The notes under the pieces were generated by a model. That model was not told where the DNA came from and ran no database searches. It saw only the letters and a list, made by a program, of their open reading frames with translations. A stretch of DNA of 64,000 bases from an uncultured Elusimicrobia bacterium (lineage in GTDB: Bacteria > Elusimicrobiota > Elusimicrobia > 2-01-FULL-59-12). This document shows, piece after piece, positions 1 through 11,372 of this stretch. The position numbers and the translations under genes are program-made. The stretch covers positions 1,440,001-1,504,000 of the forward strand of contig OY969767.1 in assembly GCA_963702895.1 (NCBI GenBank). The letters run 5' to 3'. Each line of letters opens with the position of its first letter. Position 1 is the stretch's first letter.

Positions 1-1082
1 CCTAACGCGACGCACTCCATCGGGTCAATACCGTGTTCGACCTTACGGCCAACGTGCTCTTCGACAAACTTTTGAACGATCGGCATGCGTGTCGGACCGC
101 CCACCAGAATGATCTTCGTGATTTCCTGAATCGATCCCCAGGAGTGCTTGGGGTTCTTGCGCGCGTCATCCAAGGCCCGCTCGACGGGACCGATGCATCG
201 GTCAATGATCGGCTTCACGATGCCCTCGAGCTTGGCCCGCGTGAGTTTCTGCGTGAGATGCTTCGGTCCCGAAGCGTCAGCCGTAATGAACGGCAGGTTG
301 ATTTCGGTTTCCAGCACCGTGGACAGCTCGATTTTGGCTTTTTCCACAGCTTCCTTGAGGCGGGTCATCGCGAGCCTGTCCTTGAGCAGGTCGATCCCGG
401 TTTCCTTACGAAACTCACCGGCGACCGCCTCAATGAGGGCATTATCCATGTCGGTCCCGCCGAGCTGCGTGTCGCCGGAGGTGGCGACGACTTCAAAGGT
501 GGCATCCGAGCCTGAGCTCGACATGTCCATGAGCGTGACGTCCAGCGTCCCGCCCCCCAGGTCAAAGACCATGATTTTTTGGCTCTGGCCGGACTTATCC
601 AAACCGTAGGCGAGGCAGGCCGCTGTAGGCTCATTCACGAGTCGGACCACCTCAAGCCCTGCGATCGCACCCGCATCTTTGGTGGCCTGGCGTTGGTTGT
701 CGTCGAAATAAGCCGGTACGGTGATGACGGCCTTTTCGATCTTTTCACCGAGGTAGGCCTCGGCATCTTTCTTGATCTTCTGGAGAATAAAGGCTGAGAG
801 CTGCTGTGGGGTATATTCCTTGCCCCCCGCCTGATACTTGTGCGGCTGACCCATCTTCCGCTTGAAGGCATACATGGTGGATTCGGGGTTCGAGACCGCT
901 TGCCGGCGCGCGGGCTCTCCTACGAGGAGCTGCCCGTCCTTCGTGATGGCGACATACGAGGGAAAAGCCTTGCCGCCGAGCGTCGTGCCCTCCGCGGAGG
1001 GAATGATGACAGGCTTGCCCGCCTCCATCACGGCCGCCGCTGAATTGGATGTTCCTAAGTCAATGCCAATGATTTTTGCCAT
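1..1082 (-). CDS. dnaK: Chaperone DnaK (Hsp70), 3' end outside window
   Basis: Manually translated (absent from ORF track): [14 protein letters not shown]..., [37 protein letters not shown] upstream. Confidence 0.98.
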   Translation of the reverse strand, partial: MAKIIGIDLGTSNSAAAVMEAGKPVIIPSAEGTTLGGKAFPSYVAITKDGQLLVGEPARRQAVSNPESTMYAFKRKMGQPHKYQAGGKEYTPQQLSAFILQKIKKDAEAYLGEKIEKAVITVPAYFDDNQRQATKDAGAIAGLEVVRLVNEPTAACLAYGLDKSGQSQKIMVFDLGGGTLDVTLMDMSSSGSDATFEVVATSGDTQLGGTDMDNALIEAVAGEFRKETGIDLLKDRLAMTRLKEAVEKAKIELSTVLETEINLPFITADASGPKHLTQKLTRAKLEGIVKPIIDRCIGPVERALDDARKNPKHSWGSIQEITKIILVGGPTRMPIVQKFVEEHVGRKVEHGIDPMECVAL

Positions 1083-1099
1083 GATACAACCTCCTTAAA

Positions 1100-1612
1100 T
1101 TATGGTGTGGGGCTTTTCGCGACCCCAACTCTGACACGCGCGGGCCGGATGATCCGGCCTTGAAAACTGTAGGCCTTCTGCAGCTCCTCCACCACCTGGC
1201 CCACTTTCGATTCCTCGACTTCCGTTTGTTCCACCGCCTCCGCCGTATGGGGATCGAAAGGCTTGCCCATGAGCTCGACGACGGAAAGTCCCTCGGACTT
1301 TAAAAAGTTGGAAAAGCTCTTATGCAAGTAACCGAGGCCTTCCGTGACCTGCTTCATGTCCTTGGCATGCTCCGCTTGGCTGAGCGCCTGCTCAAAGACA
1401 TCGACGAGCGACAAGAGCGGCATGAGGACTTCTTGCTTGCCCCAGGCCCGAAGGTCCTGCTTTTCTTTTTCGACACGTTTCCGGTAATTCTCAAACTCGG
1501 CCTTGAGCCTCAAAAGCTGGTCGTAATAATCATCGGCTTTGGCCTTTTGCTCTTCCACGGACTGCTGCAGGATGGCCAGCTCCGAAAGTTTTTCCTCGAG
1601 TTCGTCACTCAT
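1100..1612 (-). CDS. grpE: Nucleotide exchange factor GrpE
   Basis: AEFENYRKR, FDPHTAEA, IRPARVRV motifs; between hrcA and dnaK. Confidence 0.97.
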   Translation of the reverse strand: MSDELEEKLSELAILQQSVEEQKAKADDYYDQLLRLKAEFENYRKRVEKEKQDLRAWGKQEVLMPLLSLVDVFEQALSQAEHAKDMKQVTEGLGYLHKSFSNFLKSEGLSVVELMGKPFDPHTAEAVEQTEVEESKVGQVVEELQKAYSFQGRIIRPARVRVGVAKSPTP

Positions 1613-2666
1613 TCGGCACCATACGTTCCAGCATCTGGTTCACGATCTTCGCGACCCCTTCGACGAGCGCAATCATCCTGCCATACTCCATGCGCCGAGG
1701 ACCCATGATGCCCAGCACGCCTACCGTCTGGTCGTTCAGTTTGTACGTATTGGAAACAAGGGACACGTGGCGAAGTTCCGGACGCACGTTTTCTGCGCCG
1801 ATATTGACCAAAAGCCCCCCCTTCTTCATCGTCTTCTCGAGGACCGAAGAGAGAAGGTTCTTGTGTTCCATCACTCTCAAGATCCCGGAGATCTCATCGA
1901 AATCGCCCATGTCTGGAAAGGAGAAGATATTCTCCCTCCCTTCGACATAAAGATCCCCCTCGACGGCATTCAGGTCAAAGGCTTCTCGGGCCAGGTCACG
2001 GGCGAGCAAAAACGCATCGGACTGTTCCTGTTGAAGCGCCTCAATATGATGAAGGATCTGCGTCCTCGCTTCCGAAAGTGGCAGTCCGGCCAGGCGTTCA
2101 TTAAGCATGTCGCTGATGATGGACAGTCTCTGGGAGCTCATCGGGCTCTTCAAGTTCAGCACCTTATGGCGGATGAACCCTGACTGGGAAAGAATCACGA
2201 CCAAAATCTGACTTGGCGAAATCGAGATGAGCTGAAGGCGCCGAAGCAGGGACTTGTCCAGCCTCGGCGAAAGCACCATCCCGGTATAGCTCGAAAGCGA
2301 AGAGAGCATGCGCGAGGTCGAGATCAGCACGTCCTGGAGCTCTTTGGCGCGAGCGGCATACTCCCGGCGTATGCGTTCCTCTTCGGCGACCGCCAGCGAC
2401 TGCACCTCGAGAAGCGAATCCACATAGAGACGGTATCCTTTGTCGGAAGGGACGCGCCCGGCGCTCGTGTGGGGCTGGATGAGAAAACCCTCCTTTTCGA
2501 GATCGAGCAGCATATTTCGGACCGTCGCCGAAGACATCCCAAAGTTGTACTTGTCCACGATCACGTGCGACCCCACGGGCTTGCCCGTTTTCATGAAATG
2601 GTAAATGACCGCCTGCAGGAGGCGTCGCTTACGATCTTGTGACGTCTTGGGATCGAGGACTCTCAT
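1605..2666 (-). CDS. hrcA: Heat-inducible transcription repressor HrcA
   Basis: PVGS, SSATVRN, QPHTSAGRVP, GPRRMEY motifs. Confidence 0.97.
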   Translation of the reverse strand: MRVLDPKTSQDRKRRLLQAVIYHFMKTGKPVGSHVIVDKYNFGMSSATVRNMLLDLEKEGFLIQPHTSAGRVPSDKGYRLYVDSLLEVQSLAVAEEERIRREYAARAKELQDVLISTSRMLSSLSSYTGMVLSPRLDKSLLRRLQLISISPSQILVVILSQSGFIRHKVLNLKSPMSSQRLSIISDMLNERLAGLPLSEARTQILHHIEALQQEQSDAFLLARDLAREAFDLNAVEGDLYVEGRENIFSFPDMGDFDEISGILRVMEHKNLLSSVLEKTMKKGGLLVNIGAENVRPELRHVSLVSNTYKLNDQTVGVLGIMGPRRMEYGRMIALVEGVAKIVNQMLERMVPNE

Positions 2667-2687
2667 AAGTTCTGTCTTGTCTGTAAA

Positions 2688-2714
2688 GTAGCAGTCTGGA
2701 GAACTGAGTGCTAA
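2688..2714 (-). promoter_or_regulatory. CIRCE element (HrcA operator)
   Basis: Minus strand TTAGCACTC-N9-GACTGCTAC versus consensus TTAGCACTC-N9-GAGTGCTAA, 21 nt upstream of hrcA. Confidence 0.92.
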
Positions 2715-2715
2715 G

Positions 2716-2745
2716 ACTATATCAGCTTTGAAATTATAATGTCAA
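2716..2745 (-). promoter_or_regulatory. Sigma70-type promoter of hrcA-grpE-dnaK
   Basis: TTGACA-N18-TATAGT with TGn extended -10, immediately upstream of CIRCE. Confidence 0.75.
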
Positions 2746-2819
2746 TAGATTGTGGATTAATATCTAGATATAGATATGTTTTGAAGTGCCAATTTTCATC
2801 CGCGCAGCACGTCGAATCC

Positions 2820-3629
2820 TCATCCGACCGTTTCCGCACTATAGCGTGCAATCAGCCCCAAACGCGTCGCTTCCTTATAGATAGAGACAAAGGCCCTGTA
2901 GGAAACCCCGAGTAGAAGAGCGGCCAAAGCTGCACCGATCAGGAGTGATCCGGTTGAGAAAGAGCCTGTGAGCGAGATTTGGCGGAGATTCTCGAAGACG
3001 TAGGAGGGAGGCAGGCAGGCCCCGACATGCTGCATCCAGCGAGGGAGAATGGAGAGCGGGTAGAAGACGCCCACAAAAGGTGAGAGGAGCGCCGGGATGG
3101 GCCAGATGAACCATTCCGCGGCTGGACCCCAACGTAAGACCATGCCGCAAGACAAAATTCCAAGAGAAATCGCGAAAACGAATAAGATCAACAGAAAGGG
3201 CAAGACCATCGAGCCGTAAATCGCCATCGTCATACCAAAAACCAGGGACGCCACCAGCCACATCACCAAGAGTCCCACAAGACTCGTCAGGACACTGCAC
3301 AAGATAAGCCCCAAGAGGTATTCGCCAACCGTGATGGGGGAAGCAAAGACATTCAGAAAATTGCGGGACCAAACGTCTTCAAAGAACGTCATGGTCACCC
3401 CCTGCATCACGCGTATAAAGAAGTCCCAAAGCAGCACGGCCCCCAGCAACACCATGATCTTGTCTTGTCCTTGGACCATCATGCTTTGAAGATAACGTGT
3501 GAGAAATCCCCAAAGCACCATATCGATGGCCACCCAGATAAAGAGCGGCAAGACCCTGGAAAAACTCCCACGCATCAAATAGAGGTACCTCAGCGCGATG
3601 GCATAGACCCGATGGAGAGACCGTGTCAT
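2820..3629 (-). CDS. ABC-2 type transporter permease
   Basis: About 6 hydrophobic segments, GVFYPLSILPRW motif; adjacent to ABC ATPase. Confidence 0.85.
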   Translation of the reverse strand: MTRSLHRVYAIALRYLYLMRGSFSRVLPLFIWVAIDMVLWGFLTRYLQSMMVQGQDKIMVLLGAVLLWDFFIRVMQGVTMTFFEDVWSRNFLNVFASPITVGEYLLGLILCSVLTSLVGLLVMWLVASLVFGMTMAIYGSMVLPFLLILFVFAISLGILSCGMVLRWGPAAEWFIWPIPALLSPFVGVFYPLSILPRWMQHVGACLPPSYVFENLRQISLTGSFSTGSLLIGAALAALLLGVSYRAFVSIYKEATRLGLIARYSAETVG

Positions 3630-4373
3630 CTAGTCCATCTCCTGGGCGAGAGGCTCACGCGCTAAATGGATAAAGAGCTCCTCGAGATTCGCCCTGCCAT
3701 GCTCTCGGGGCAGCCGTTTCGGATCGCCTTCAAGGAGGATTTTGCCATGGGATAAGAAAATGACGCGATCACAAACCGTTTCCACCTCGCGCATATTATG
3801 GGAGGTCCAAAGCACGCCGCACCGGCCTTCTTTGACCACCTCCAGGATCAGATCACGCGTCTGCCGGGCCGCCGACGGGTCAAGAGAAGCGGTCGGCTCG
3901 TCCAGCAAGAGGAGCTCGGGTTGGTTCAGCATGGCCTTGGCGAGGCTCACGCGCGTTTGTTCGCCGGAGGAGAGCAGGCCGCACTTCGTTTTCCGGAATT
4001 GTCCCAGCTGGAAGCGTTGCAGCATCCCGGGAAGGAGGTCCGAGAGATTCTGCACACCATAGAGCAACCCAAAGATCTTGAGATTTTCTTCGACGGTCAA
4101 GTTGCCTGGCAGAGGCGCGTAGACCGCGGCGAAATTGACGTCGCCCAGCGCCGCGCGGTCTTGCGTCGTAATCCGACGACCCTTGATCCAAATCTCCCCG
4201 CCGGAGGGTTCCAGCACGCCCAAGACCATACTGATCAAGGTCGTTTTCCCCGCCCCGTTGGGTCCGAGAAGCCCGACAATTTCGCCTGTCTTGACCGTGA
4301 AACTGATCTCTTGGACCGCGTTGAAATTCCCGTAAGTCTTATGAACATGCTGAACGTCTAATACGGTTTTCAT
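3630..4373 (-). CDS. ABC transporter ATP-binding protein
   Basis: Walker A GPNGAGKT, LSSGE signature, LLLDEPT; start taken at MKTVLD. Confidence 0.92.
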   Translation of the reverse strand: MKTVLDVQHVHKTYGNFNAVQEISFTVKTGEIVGLLGPNGAGKTTLISMVLGVLEPSGGEIWIKGRRITTQDRAALGDVNFAAVYAPLPGNLTVEENLKIFGLLYGVQNLSDLLPGMLQRFQLGQFRKTKCGLLSSGEQTRVSLAKAMLNQPELLLLDEPTASLDPSAARQTRDLILEVVKEGRCGVLWTSHNMREVETVCDRVIFLSHGKILLEGDPKRLPREHGRANLEELFIHLAREPLAQEMD

Positions 4374-4386
4374 CGAAGGTGTCCGG

Positions 4387-5499
4387 TCAGCTTGCGAAAG
4401 GGAGGAGCGCCTGATTGGTGAGCAGCACCGACTCATCCGGGACCCGCCAGCGGCCTTCCGGAGTCACTTCCAGCAAGCGCCGCTCCGCGAGGCGACGGCG
4501 TTTGCCTTGCCAATCGGGATCGGGTTCTTCCCATTCCAGCCCCTCGCGAAGTCTCAAGCCCAGCATCAGACGCTCAAAACGCCGCGTCTCTTCGCTCAAG
4601 AATTCTCTCGATGCCTGTGGAAGCTTCCCCCTCGCCAGATCATGTCCATAATCGTCAAGAGTTTTATGATTTTCCCACCGGACGCCTCCGACGCATCCCA
4701 CGGCACCGACGCCGGCACCGATGTAATCCTTTTGCCGCCAGTAGATGAGGTTATGCTCACATTCCTTCGAGGGAAGGGCGAAATTCGAGATTTCGTAATG
4801 GCCATAGCCTCTCTGCTTCAGATAAGCACGGGCCCAGTCGTACATGTCGGTCTGGCGATCTTCGTCGGTCCGGACGCCGCTGTCTCGAAAGGGAGTGTGC
4901 TCCTCCACCTTCAAAGCATAGAGGGAAAGGTGATCAGGATAGTAGGTGGTCGTCTTCTCCAGCGTGTCCTGCCAATCTTGGAGGGACTGGCTGGGAAGAC
5001 CATAGAGGAGGTCCACATTCAGATTACGGAAACCCGCTTCTCGAGAAGACCGAAAAGCATTCTCGAAGTCTTGCGCCGTATGCAGCCGATCTGCCATTTT
5101 CAGCAGTCGGTCATCGTAGCTCTGCAGGCCGAGGCTCAAGCGATTGACCCCCGCGCCGAACCAACCCGCTGCCTTATCGCCTGTCACGCTCTCGGGGTTG
5201 GCTTCCATCGTAATTTCGGCATTGGGATTTAAGGCAAAGGCCTTCCGGACCGTGCCCAGGATTTGGCCAACATGGTGCGGCCCCAAGAGCGAGGGCGTCC
5301 CACCGCCCAAGAACACCGTTGAAAGAAACGACGGGCGAGGCAGGGCAGACGCGTGAAGTTCAATCTCCTGGCAGAGATCCCGTACGTAGGCATCGATTCG
5401 GTCTTCGATACCGGCGAACGTGACGAAATCGCAGTACCCGCACCGGGCACGGCAAAACGGGATATGGAGATAGAGGCCCTTAGGACTTCTTTCCGTCAT
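4387..5499 (-). CDS. hemW: Radical SAM heme chaperone HemW (HemN-like)
   Basis: YLHIPFCRARCGYCDF, GGGTPS, YEISNF motifs; lepA/hrcA context. Confidence 0.9.
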   Translation of the reverse strand: MTERSPKGLYLHIPFCRARCGYCDFVTFAGIEDRIDAYVRDLCQEIELHASALPRPSFLSTVFLGGGTPSLLGPHHVGQILGTVRKAFALNPNAEITMEANPESVTGDKAAGWFGAGVNRLSLGLQSYDDRLLKMADRLHTAQDFENAFRSSREAGFRNLNVDLLYGLPSQSLQDWQDTLEKTTTYYPDHLSLYALKVEEHTPFRDSGVRTDEDRQTDMYDWARAYLKQRGYGHYEISNFALPSKECEHNLIYWRQKDYIGAGVGAVGCVGGVRWENHKTLDDYGHDLARGKLPQASREFLSEETRRFERLMLGLRLREGLEWEEPDPDWQGKRRRLAERRLLEVTPEGRWRVPDESVLLTNQALLPFAS

Positions 5500-6406
5500 T
5501 CTTGGAGTCTTTGAGGAGCTCAACCGCTCCTGCGACAGCTCCCGCAAGACCCGCTGTCTCCAGCGGTATAAGAATCTTGGTCGCGGGGCCTTCCGACATC
5601 TTCTCCAGGGTCTCCAGATACTTGATCGCGATCAAGTCTTTCGTCGGGTTGCCCGTGTGGATCGCTTGATAAACAACTTCAGTCTCATATTTCTGAGCGT
5701 CGGCCACGCGCTTGATCGCTTCAGCTTGACCTTCCGCTTTCAAGATCGCCGACTGCTTCTGGCCGGTGGCTTCGAGCACCACGGCTTCCTTCACCCCTTC
5801 GGCTTTCAAAATCGCGGACTGCTTCAGTCCTTCCGCTTCCAGGATCGCCGCGCGCTTTTCACGCTCGGCTTTCATTTGCTTGGACATCGACATCGTGATG
5901 TCCTGGGGCGGTTCGATCTTTTGGATTTCAACGCGTACGACTTTGACGCCCCACCGGTCGGTCGCTTCATCGAGCACCTGACGAAGCTGGCTGTTGATAC
6001 GCTCGCGGCTCGTGAGGGTTTGATCCAATTCCATTTCGCCCACAATGTTTCGAAGGTTCGTTTGGGCCAGTTTGATCGCGGCCAGGGCGAAATTGGCGAC
6101 GTTGTAGACCACTTTAACAGGATCGGTGACTTGAAAGTAGATCACGGCATCAACCGTCACCGAAGCGTTGTCTTTGGTGATCACTTCCTGCGGAGGCACG
6201 TCCATCACCTGCTCGCGCATATCCACCATGCGAATGGATTGCATGGGCGGGAATAAAAGGACCAACCCGGGACTGCAGGTTTTGCTGTATTGCCCGAACG
6301 TTTCCACGAGTCCTTTTTCGAATTGACGCACGATACGGAGCGCTCGCGATGCATAGATGACGGCCGCAACCGCTAATAAACCTGCAAAACTAAACGGAAA
6401 GTTCAT
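5480..6406 (-). CDS. SPFH/band-7 (stomatin/QmcA-like) membrane protein
   Basis: QEVITKDN, QMKAEREKRA and AEG repeats. Confidence 0.92.
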   Translation of the reverse strand: MNFPFSFAGLLAVAAVIYASRALRIVRQFEKGLVETFGQYSKTCSPGLVLLFPPMQSIRMVDMREQVMDVPPQEVITKDNASVTVDAVIYFQVTDPVKVVYNVANFALAAIKLAQTNLRNIVGEMELDQTLTSRERINSQLRQVLDEATDRWGVKVVRVEIQKIEPPQDITMSMSKQMKAEREKRAAILEAEGLKQSAILKAEGVKEAVVLEATGQKQSAILKAEGQAEAIKRVADAQKYETEVVYQAIHTGNPTKDLIAIKYLETLEKMSEGPATKILIPLETAGLAGAVAGAVELLKDSKNDGKKS

Positions 6407-6834
6407 GATAGCCTCCTGACCACCAGTGATGTTCCTTCGACTTTTTCAACCAGGACCCAACTCTCTTTTTCGAGGCGATCCCCATACGTCACAGCCCGCC
6501 ACTCCTCGCCTCCCGCTTTGACCCTGCCTGCCTGCCGGGGGTCCACCGCCTCCAGGACGAGCACCTTCTGACCGAGGAGCGAGTCGACGTTCGACGCATG
6601 AGGCTTGGGCGTAAACAAAAACTTGGCGAGGGGGATGAGTAGCGGTGTCAGTGCCACCGTGACGACGGCAAAGACCACCCACGGAAGCCACGCGACGTTC
6701 GGCACAGAGAGCGCCGCGATCGAGCCCCCGAGCGCACCGATCGCCATACATACGAAGAAGAAATGGGTCGGCGGCGGCAGAATCTCGAGGATAATAAAGA
6801 CAACGCTTGCCATGAGCCAATGCTGATAATGCAT
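6403..6834 (-). CDS. NfeD-like (YbbJ) membrane protein
   Basis: N-terminal TMs and OB-fold GRVK.GGEEWRA; paired with SPFH gene. Confidence 0.88.
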   Translation of the reverse strand: MHYQHWLMASVVFIILEILPPPTHFFFVCMAIGALGGSIAALSVPNVAWLPWVVFAVVTVALTPLLIPLAKFLFTPKPHASNVDSLLGQKVLVLEAVDPRQAGRVKAGGEEWRAVTYGDRLEKESWVLVEKVEGTSLVVRRLS

Positions 6835-6853
6835 AGTGCCTCCTCTGTCCCCT

Positions 6854-7813
6854 TTATCGTATCACCTTGATACGCCTGAGCGGCCAATAGACAACCCAGG
6901 CTCTGCCTTTGAGCAATCGCTCCGGAAGCGGCCCCCAGAAACGACCGTCAAACGATCCATCGCGATTATCCCCCATGACAAAATAGTGGCCCGCAGGAAC
7001 CTGGATCGGTCCAAAGTTGTCCCCGATCTGGGGACGCATCAGGGTGGCAAACCCGCCGCTTTCCCAGAGCCGCTGGTATTGCTCGGCGCCCAGGCGAAGT
7101 TTGGCGGCAGGGTAGGTCGAAAGGTCCTTGTAAACGGGAAAAGGGTTCGTGTCGAGCACGCCGTTGACATAAAGGCGTTTATTCTTGATCTCGATCGTAT
7201 CGCCAGGAAGCCCGACGGCGCGCTTAATGAAATCTTTTCGAACACGCCGCTCCTTTTCTCGAGCCGAGACCATGGCGCTCAGAGGAGCCTCGAAGACAAT
7301 CACGTCGCCATGCCGAATAGGACGGATTCTCAGAATTCGTTTCTCGGTGAACGGGATGCGAATGCCGTAAATAAATTTGTTGACGAATAGATGGTCGCCT
7401 TCCAGAAGCGTGTTTTGCATGGACCCTGAAGGGATTTTAAACGCCTGGAGGATGGCGTACATAATGACCGAGGCCAGCAGGATCGCGGAAAACGATGTTT
7501 CGATCCATTCCAGGTCTGAAGTGAGCAGTCGGGTGCCGTTGCCCGATTTCGACCTGCCCCAGAGCGCCTGGGTGATTCCCCACACCAGCCCCACCCCCGC
7601 GCCCAGGAGCGGCCACTCGGGCGAGGGCCCCTGGAGATCCGTCGAAGCGCTATAAACAAAACCGATGAGGGCGCCCACCGACACCGTAAAGAGCAGATGA
7701 AGCAGCGTGATCAGCGCTTGGTTTTGAATCCATCGCTCGCGCTGGAAGATCTTACGCAGCACCACACCGTATGCGCCAAGGCCGCAGCCAATCCAAAAAA
7801 GTGTGCTTTCCAA
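6854..7813 (-). CDS. lepB: Signal peptidase I
   Basis: IPSGSM, GDHLFVNK, FIKR, GDNRD motifs; follows lepA. Confidence 0.95.
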   Translation of the reverse strand: MESTLFWIGCGLGAYGVVLRKIFQRERWIQNQALITLLHLLFTVSVGALIGFVYSASTDLQGPSPEWPLLGAGVGLVWGITQALWGRSKSGNGTRLLTSDLEWIETSFSAILLASVIMYAILQAFKIPSGSMQNTLLEGDHLFVNKFIYGIRIPFTEKRILRIRPIRHGDVIVFEAPLSAMVSAREKERRVRKDFIKRAVGLPGDTIEIKNKRLYVNGVLDTNPFPVYKDLSTYPAAKLRLGAEQYQRLWESGGFATLMRPQIGDNFGPIQVPAGHYFVMGDNRDGSFDGRFWGPLPERLLKGRAWVVYWPLRRIKVIR

Positions 7814-7822
7814 ATCTGTCTC

Positions 7823-9610
7823 CTAGGAACGCTTGAGAATCGCCATAAAGGCTTCTTGAGGAATTTCAACAGCCCCAAACTGCTTCATCTTCTTCTTGCC
7901 TTCCTTCTGCTTCTCCAGGAGTTTTCGCTTGCGCGTAATGTCACCGCCATAACATTTGGCCAGCACATCTTTGCGCATCGCAGGGATCGTTTCCCGCGCA
8001 ACAATCCGGCTTCCTATTTTCGCCTGGAGCGGTATTTCAAACATCTGGCGGGGAATGAGTTCCTTCAGTGATTCTACCAAGGTGCGGCCCTGCGCGTATG
8101 CTTTTTCCGTATGGACAATAAAGGAAAAAGCGTCGACCACCTCCGCGTTGACCAGAATCTCCATCTTCACCAGGTCCGCGGCCGAGTATCCCGCATGGTC
8201 ATAATCGAAGGAGGCATACCCCTTGGAGAGGGATTTCAGCTCGTTGTAGAAATCGCTGACGATCTCGGCGAGCGGCAAATCGTAATGCAGCGCCACGCGG
8301 GTCGCGGAAAGGTACTTCATGTCATGGAAGATGCCGCGGCGGTCCTGACAGAGCTGCATGATCGCCCCGACATAGTCGACCGGCACAAGAATGGTCGCCG
8401 TCACAAAAGGCTCCAGGATTTCCTTGACCACGCCGGGCTCGGGAAATTTCGCCGGGTTATCGACTTCGATCTTCTCGCCCTGCTGGGTCACGACCTCGTA
8501 TTCCACGTTGGGCGCCGTCGCAATGAGAGGAATTTCGAACTCCCTTTCAATACGTGTTTTCACAATATCCAAATGCAAGAGCCCCAGAAATCCGGCGCGG
8601 AAACCAAAACCTAAAGCGGTCGACGTCTCCGGGATAAAGGAAAAAGCGGAGTCTGTCAGGTGCAGCTTTTCCAGGGCCTTTTTCAAATTGTCGTAATCGC
8701 TTGGATTGACCGGATAAATGCCAGCGAAAACAAAGGGCTTGAGCTCTTTATAGCCAGGGTGGGGCTGAGACGTCGGGCGGTCGACGGCGGTGAGGGTATC
8801 GCCCATTCGCACATCCTGCAATTCCTTCAGCCCGAGGATCATGTAGCCGACTTCGCCTGCCTGCAGGCGATCGGCCTTGATGTATTTCAGTTGGAGCGTG
8901 CCAATCTCTTCGGCCAGGACCTCGCGTCCGGTCTGCATCATTTGAAGCTTCATCCCCGTACACACTTCCCCTTCGAGGATCCTCACGTAGACCACCACCC
9001 CCCGAAAGGTGTCAAAGACAGAGTCAAACACAAGCGCCTTAAAGGGGGCCTGTGTGTCGGTGGCGGGGGCCGGGATATCGTGAACGATGGTCGAGAGGAT
9101 ATCGTCGATTCCTTGGCCGACTTTCGCGCTGGCCAGCACAGGCTTTCGCGTGATGCCCAGAACCTCGCGAATCTGGTGCTGACAATTCTCCGGATCGGCC
9201 GCAGGGAGGTCGATCTTGTTGATGACGGGAATGATTTCGAGCCCCGCGTCTTTGGCGAGCGTCGCATTGGCCAAGGTCTGGGCTTCGACGCCTTGCGTCG
9301 CGTCGACCAGGAGGAGCGCCCCCTCGCAAGCCGCTAGCGCCCGCGACACTTCATAGGTAAAGTCCACGTGCCCCGGGGTATCGATGAGGTTTAAGACATA
9401 GCGTCTCGAAGAACCTGGCGGGGTGTACGACATCCGGATCGCCTTCGCCTTAATCGTAATGCCGCGTTCACGCTCGAGCTCCATGCCGTCCATGATTTGC
9501 TCACGCATTTCCCGCTTCGGGATGGTGCCGGTGGTCTCGAGCAGGCGGTCGGCAAGCGTCGATTTGCCATGATCAATATGCGCGATAATGCAGAAGTTAC
9601 GAATATCCAT
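7823..9610 (-). CDS. lepA: Elongation factor 4
   Basis: [21 protein letters not shown]-terminal [14 protein letters not shown]. Confidence 0.99.
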   Translation of the reverse strand: MDIRNFCIIAHIDHGKSTLADRLLETTGTIPKREMREQIMDGMELERERGITIKAKAIRMSYTPPGSSRRYVLNLIDTPGHVDFTYEVSRALAACEGALLLVDATQGVEAQTLANATLAKDAGLEIIPVINKIDLPAADPENCQHQIREVLGITRKPVLASAKVGQGIDDILSTIVHDIPAPATDTQAPFKALVFDSVFDTFRGVVVYVRILEGEVCTGMKLQMMQTGREVLAEEIGTLQLKYIKADRLQAGEVGYMILGLKELQDVRMGDTLTAVDRPTSQPHPGYKELKPFVFAGIYPVNPSDYDNLKKALEKLHLTDSAFSFIPETSTALGFGFRAGFLGLLHLDIVKTRIEREFEIPLIATAPNVEYEVVTQQGEKIEVDNPAKFPEPGVVKEILEPFVTATILVPVDYVGAIMQLCQDRRGIFHDMKYLSATRVALHYDLPLAEIVSDFYNELKSLSKGYASFDYDHAGYSAADLVKMEILVNAEVVDAFSFIVHTEKAYAQGRTLVESLKELIPRQMFEIPLQAKIGSRIVARETIPAMRKDVLAKCYGGDITRKRKLLEKQKEGKKKMKQFGAVEIPQEAFMAILKRS

Positions 9611-9618
9611 GAGGTGGC

Positions 9619-11367
9619 TTATGAAATTCTGGAAAAGACGTTGGGGTCGCCTGGATCGGCGCCCTTCGAGAAGATACGTTCGACGAGTTTATTCGCTTCC
9701 TCTTGCGACATTTCTCGGATCAAACGCTTGATTCGCGGCACCGCGGCCGCTGGGACGGAGAACTCATCCAGGCCCATACCCAGGAGGATGCGCGTAAACG
9801 AGGGATTCCCGGCCATTTCTCCGCACATGCCCACCCACTTGCCGGCGGCGTGGCCCGCCTCGATCACCATGCGGATGAGCCGCAAGACGCCCATATGCAG
9901 AGGGTTGTAGAGGTGCGCCACGTTTTCGTTCACACGATCAACAGCAAGCGTATATTGGATGAGATCGTTCGTGCCGATGGACAGGAAGTCGGCTTCTCGG
10001 GCCAGCCAGTCGGCGATCACGGCGGCTGAAGGCGTTTCCACCATGATGCCAACCTCCATCTTCGGATCGAAGGGGACACGCTTGGTCCGGAGCTCCTCCC
10101 GGACTTCTTGAAGCAGCTTGTTCGCCTCTCGTAATTCCTCAAGGCTTGTGATCATGGGATACATGACTTTGAGTTTGCCGCTGTCGGAAGCGCGCAGGAT
10201 GGCTCGGAGCTGCGTCTTGAAGATATCGGTAAATTTCAAACAAAGACGGATGCCCCTAAGACCCAAAAACGGGTTTTGCTCTTCCTTGAATCCCATGACA
10301 CCCAGGGACGTAAGCTTATCGCCGCCGATGTCCATCGTGCGGATAATCACACTGTACGGGAGCATCTGCCGGGCGACCGATGAATAGGCCTTGAATTGCT
10401 CCTCCTCGGTGGGAAGCTCTTTTCGGTTGAGGAAGAGAAATTCCGTCCTGTACAGACCGATTCCTTCAGCGCCATGGGCCAAAGACGTCTTGATCTCATC
10501 GGGAGACTCGATATTGGCTGCCAGGACGACCTGGCGACCATCGGTGGTTTTGGCCGGCAGATCCTTGTACTTTTCCAGGTCCCGCAATTCCGCCAGTTCA
10601 ATTTCCCGGACTTTGCGATAATTTTCGAGTGTCGCCATCGTCGGGTTGATGATGAGAAGACCGTCGTTGCCGTCGACAATCACGTGATCACCGGGCTGGA
10701 TATGGCTGAGCGCGTCCTTGAGCCCCACGACAGCAGGTATCTCGAGCCCCTGGGCGAGGATCGCGGTGTGGGACGTCCGGCCCCCGATATCGGTCGCGAA
10801 GCCTTCCACTAAATCGTCCCGCAGGGACAGGGTGTCGGAGGGACCCAAATCATGGGCGATAATCACACAACGTTCCTTGAGCTGTTGGAGCGGTCCTCCC
10901 TGACGACCCAGCAAGTACCGCATGACCCGCTTGCCCACATCCATGATGTCGTCTTTGCGTTGCCGAAAGAAGACGTCCGAGAGCCGATCAAAGCTGCGGC
11001 CAATGTCATCCAGGACCGCGACCAGTGAGGCCTCCGCGTTAATTTGGTCCTGGGTGATCTTTTTTTCGATGTCCTTCGTAAAAAGCGGATCTTCCAGAAT
11101 GAGAAGGTGCGCATCAATCAGAGACGCATGGGACTTTCCGAGGACCTGAAGGACTTTCTCGCGGGTTTGGATAAATTCACTCCGGGTCTTCAGGACAGCC
11201 GTACGAAAACGCTGGATTTCCCTCTTGGTCTCTTCCTTGTTGAGGGCCTTGAACACGTAGGAAAGGGCCTCCTCTTTCATGACAAAGACCTTCCCGATCC
11301 CGATGCCGGGCGAGGCGGCGATTCCGCGCAAGACGATGGGCGGCCTGCTGGGTCGGGTTTCACCCAT
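9619..11367 (-). CDS. ptsI: PTS enzyme I
   Basis: GGRTSHTAI phospho-His, [22 protein letters not shown]. Confidence 0.98.
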   Translation of the reverse strand: MGETRPSRPPIVLRGIAASPGIGIGKVFVMKEEALSYVFKALNKEETKREIQRFRTAVLKTRSEFIQTREKVLQVLGKSHASLIDAHLLILEDPLFTKDIEKKITQDQINAEASLVAVLDDIGRSFDRLSDVFFRQRKDDIMDVGKRVMRYLLGRQGGPLQQLKERCVIIAHDLGPSDTLSLRDDLVEGFATDIGGRTSHTAILAQGLEIPAVVGLKDALSHIQPGDHVIVDGNDGLLIINPTMATLENYRKVREIELAELRDLEKYKDLPAKTTDGRQVVLAANIESPDEIKTSLAHGAEGIGLYRTEFLFLNRKELPTEEEQFKAYSSVARQMLPYSVIIRTMDIGGDKLTSLGVMGFKEEQNPFLGLRGIRLCLKFTDIFKTQLRAILRASDSGKLKVMYPMITSLEELREANKLLQEVREELRTKRVPFDPKMEVGIMVETPSAAVIADWLAREADFLSIGTNDLIQYTLAVDRVNENVAHLYNPLHMGVLRLIRMVIEAGHAAGKWVGMCGEMAGNPSFTRILLGMGLDEFSVPAAAVPRIKRLIREMSQEEANKLVERIFSKGADPGDPNVFSRIS

Positions 11368-11372
11368 AAGCG

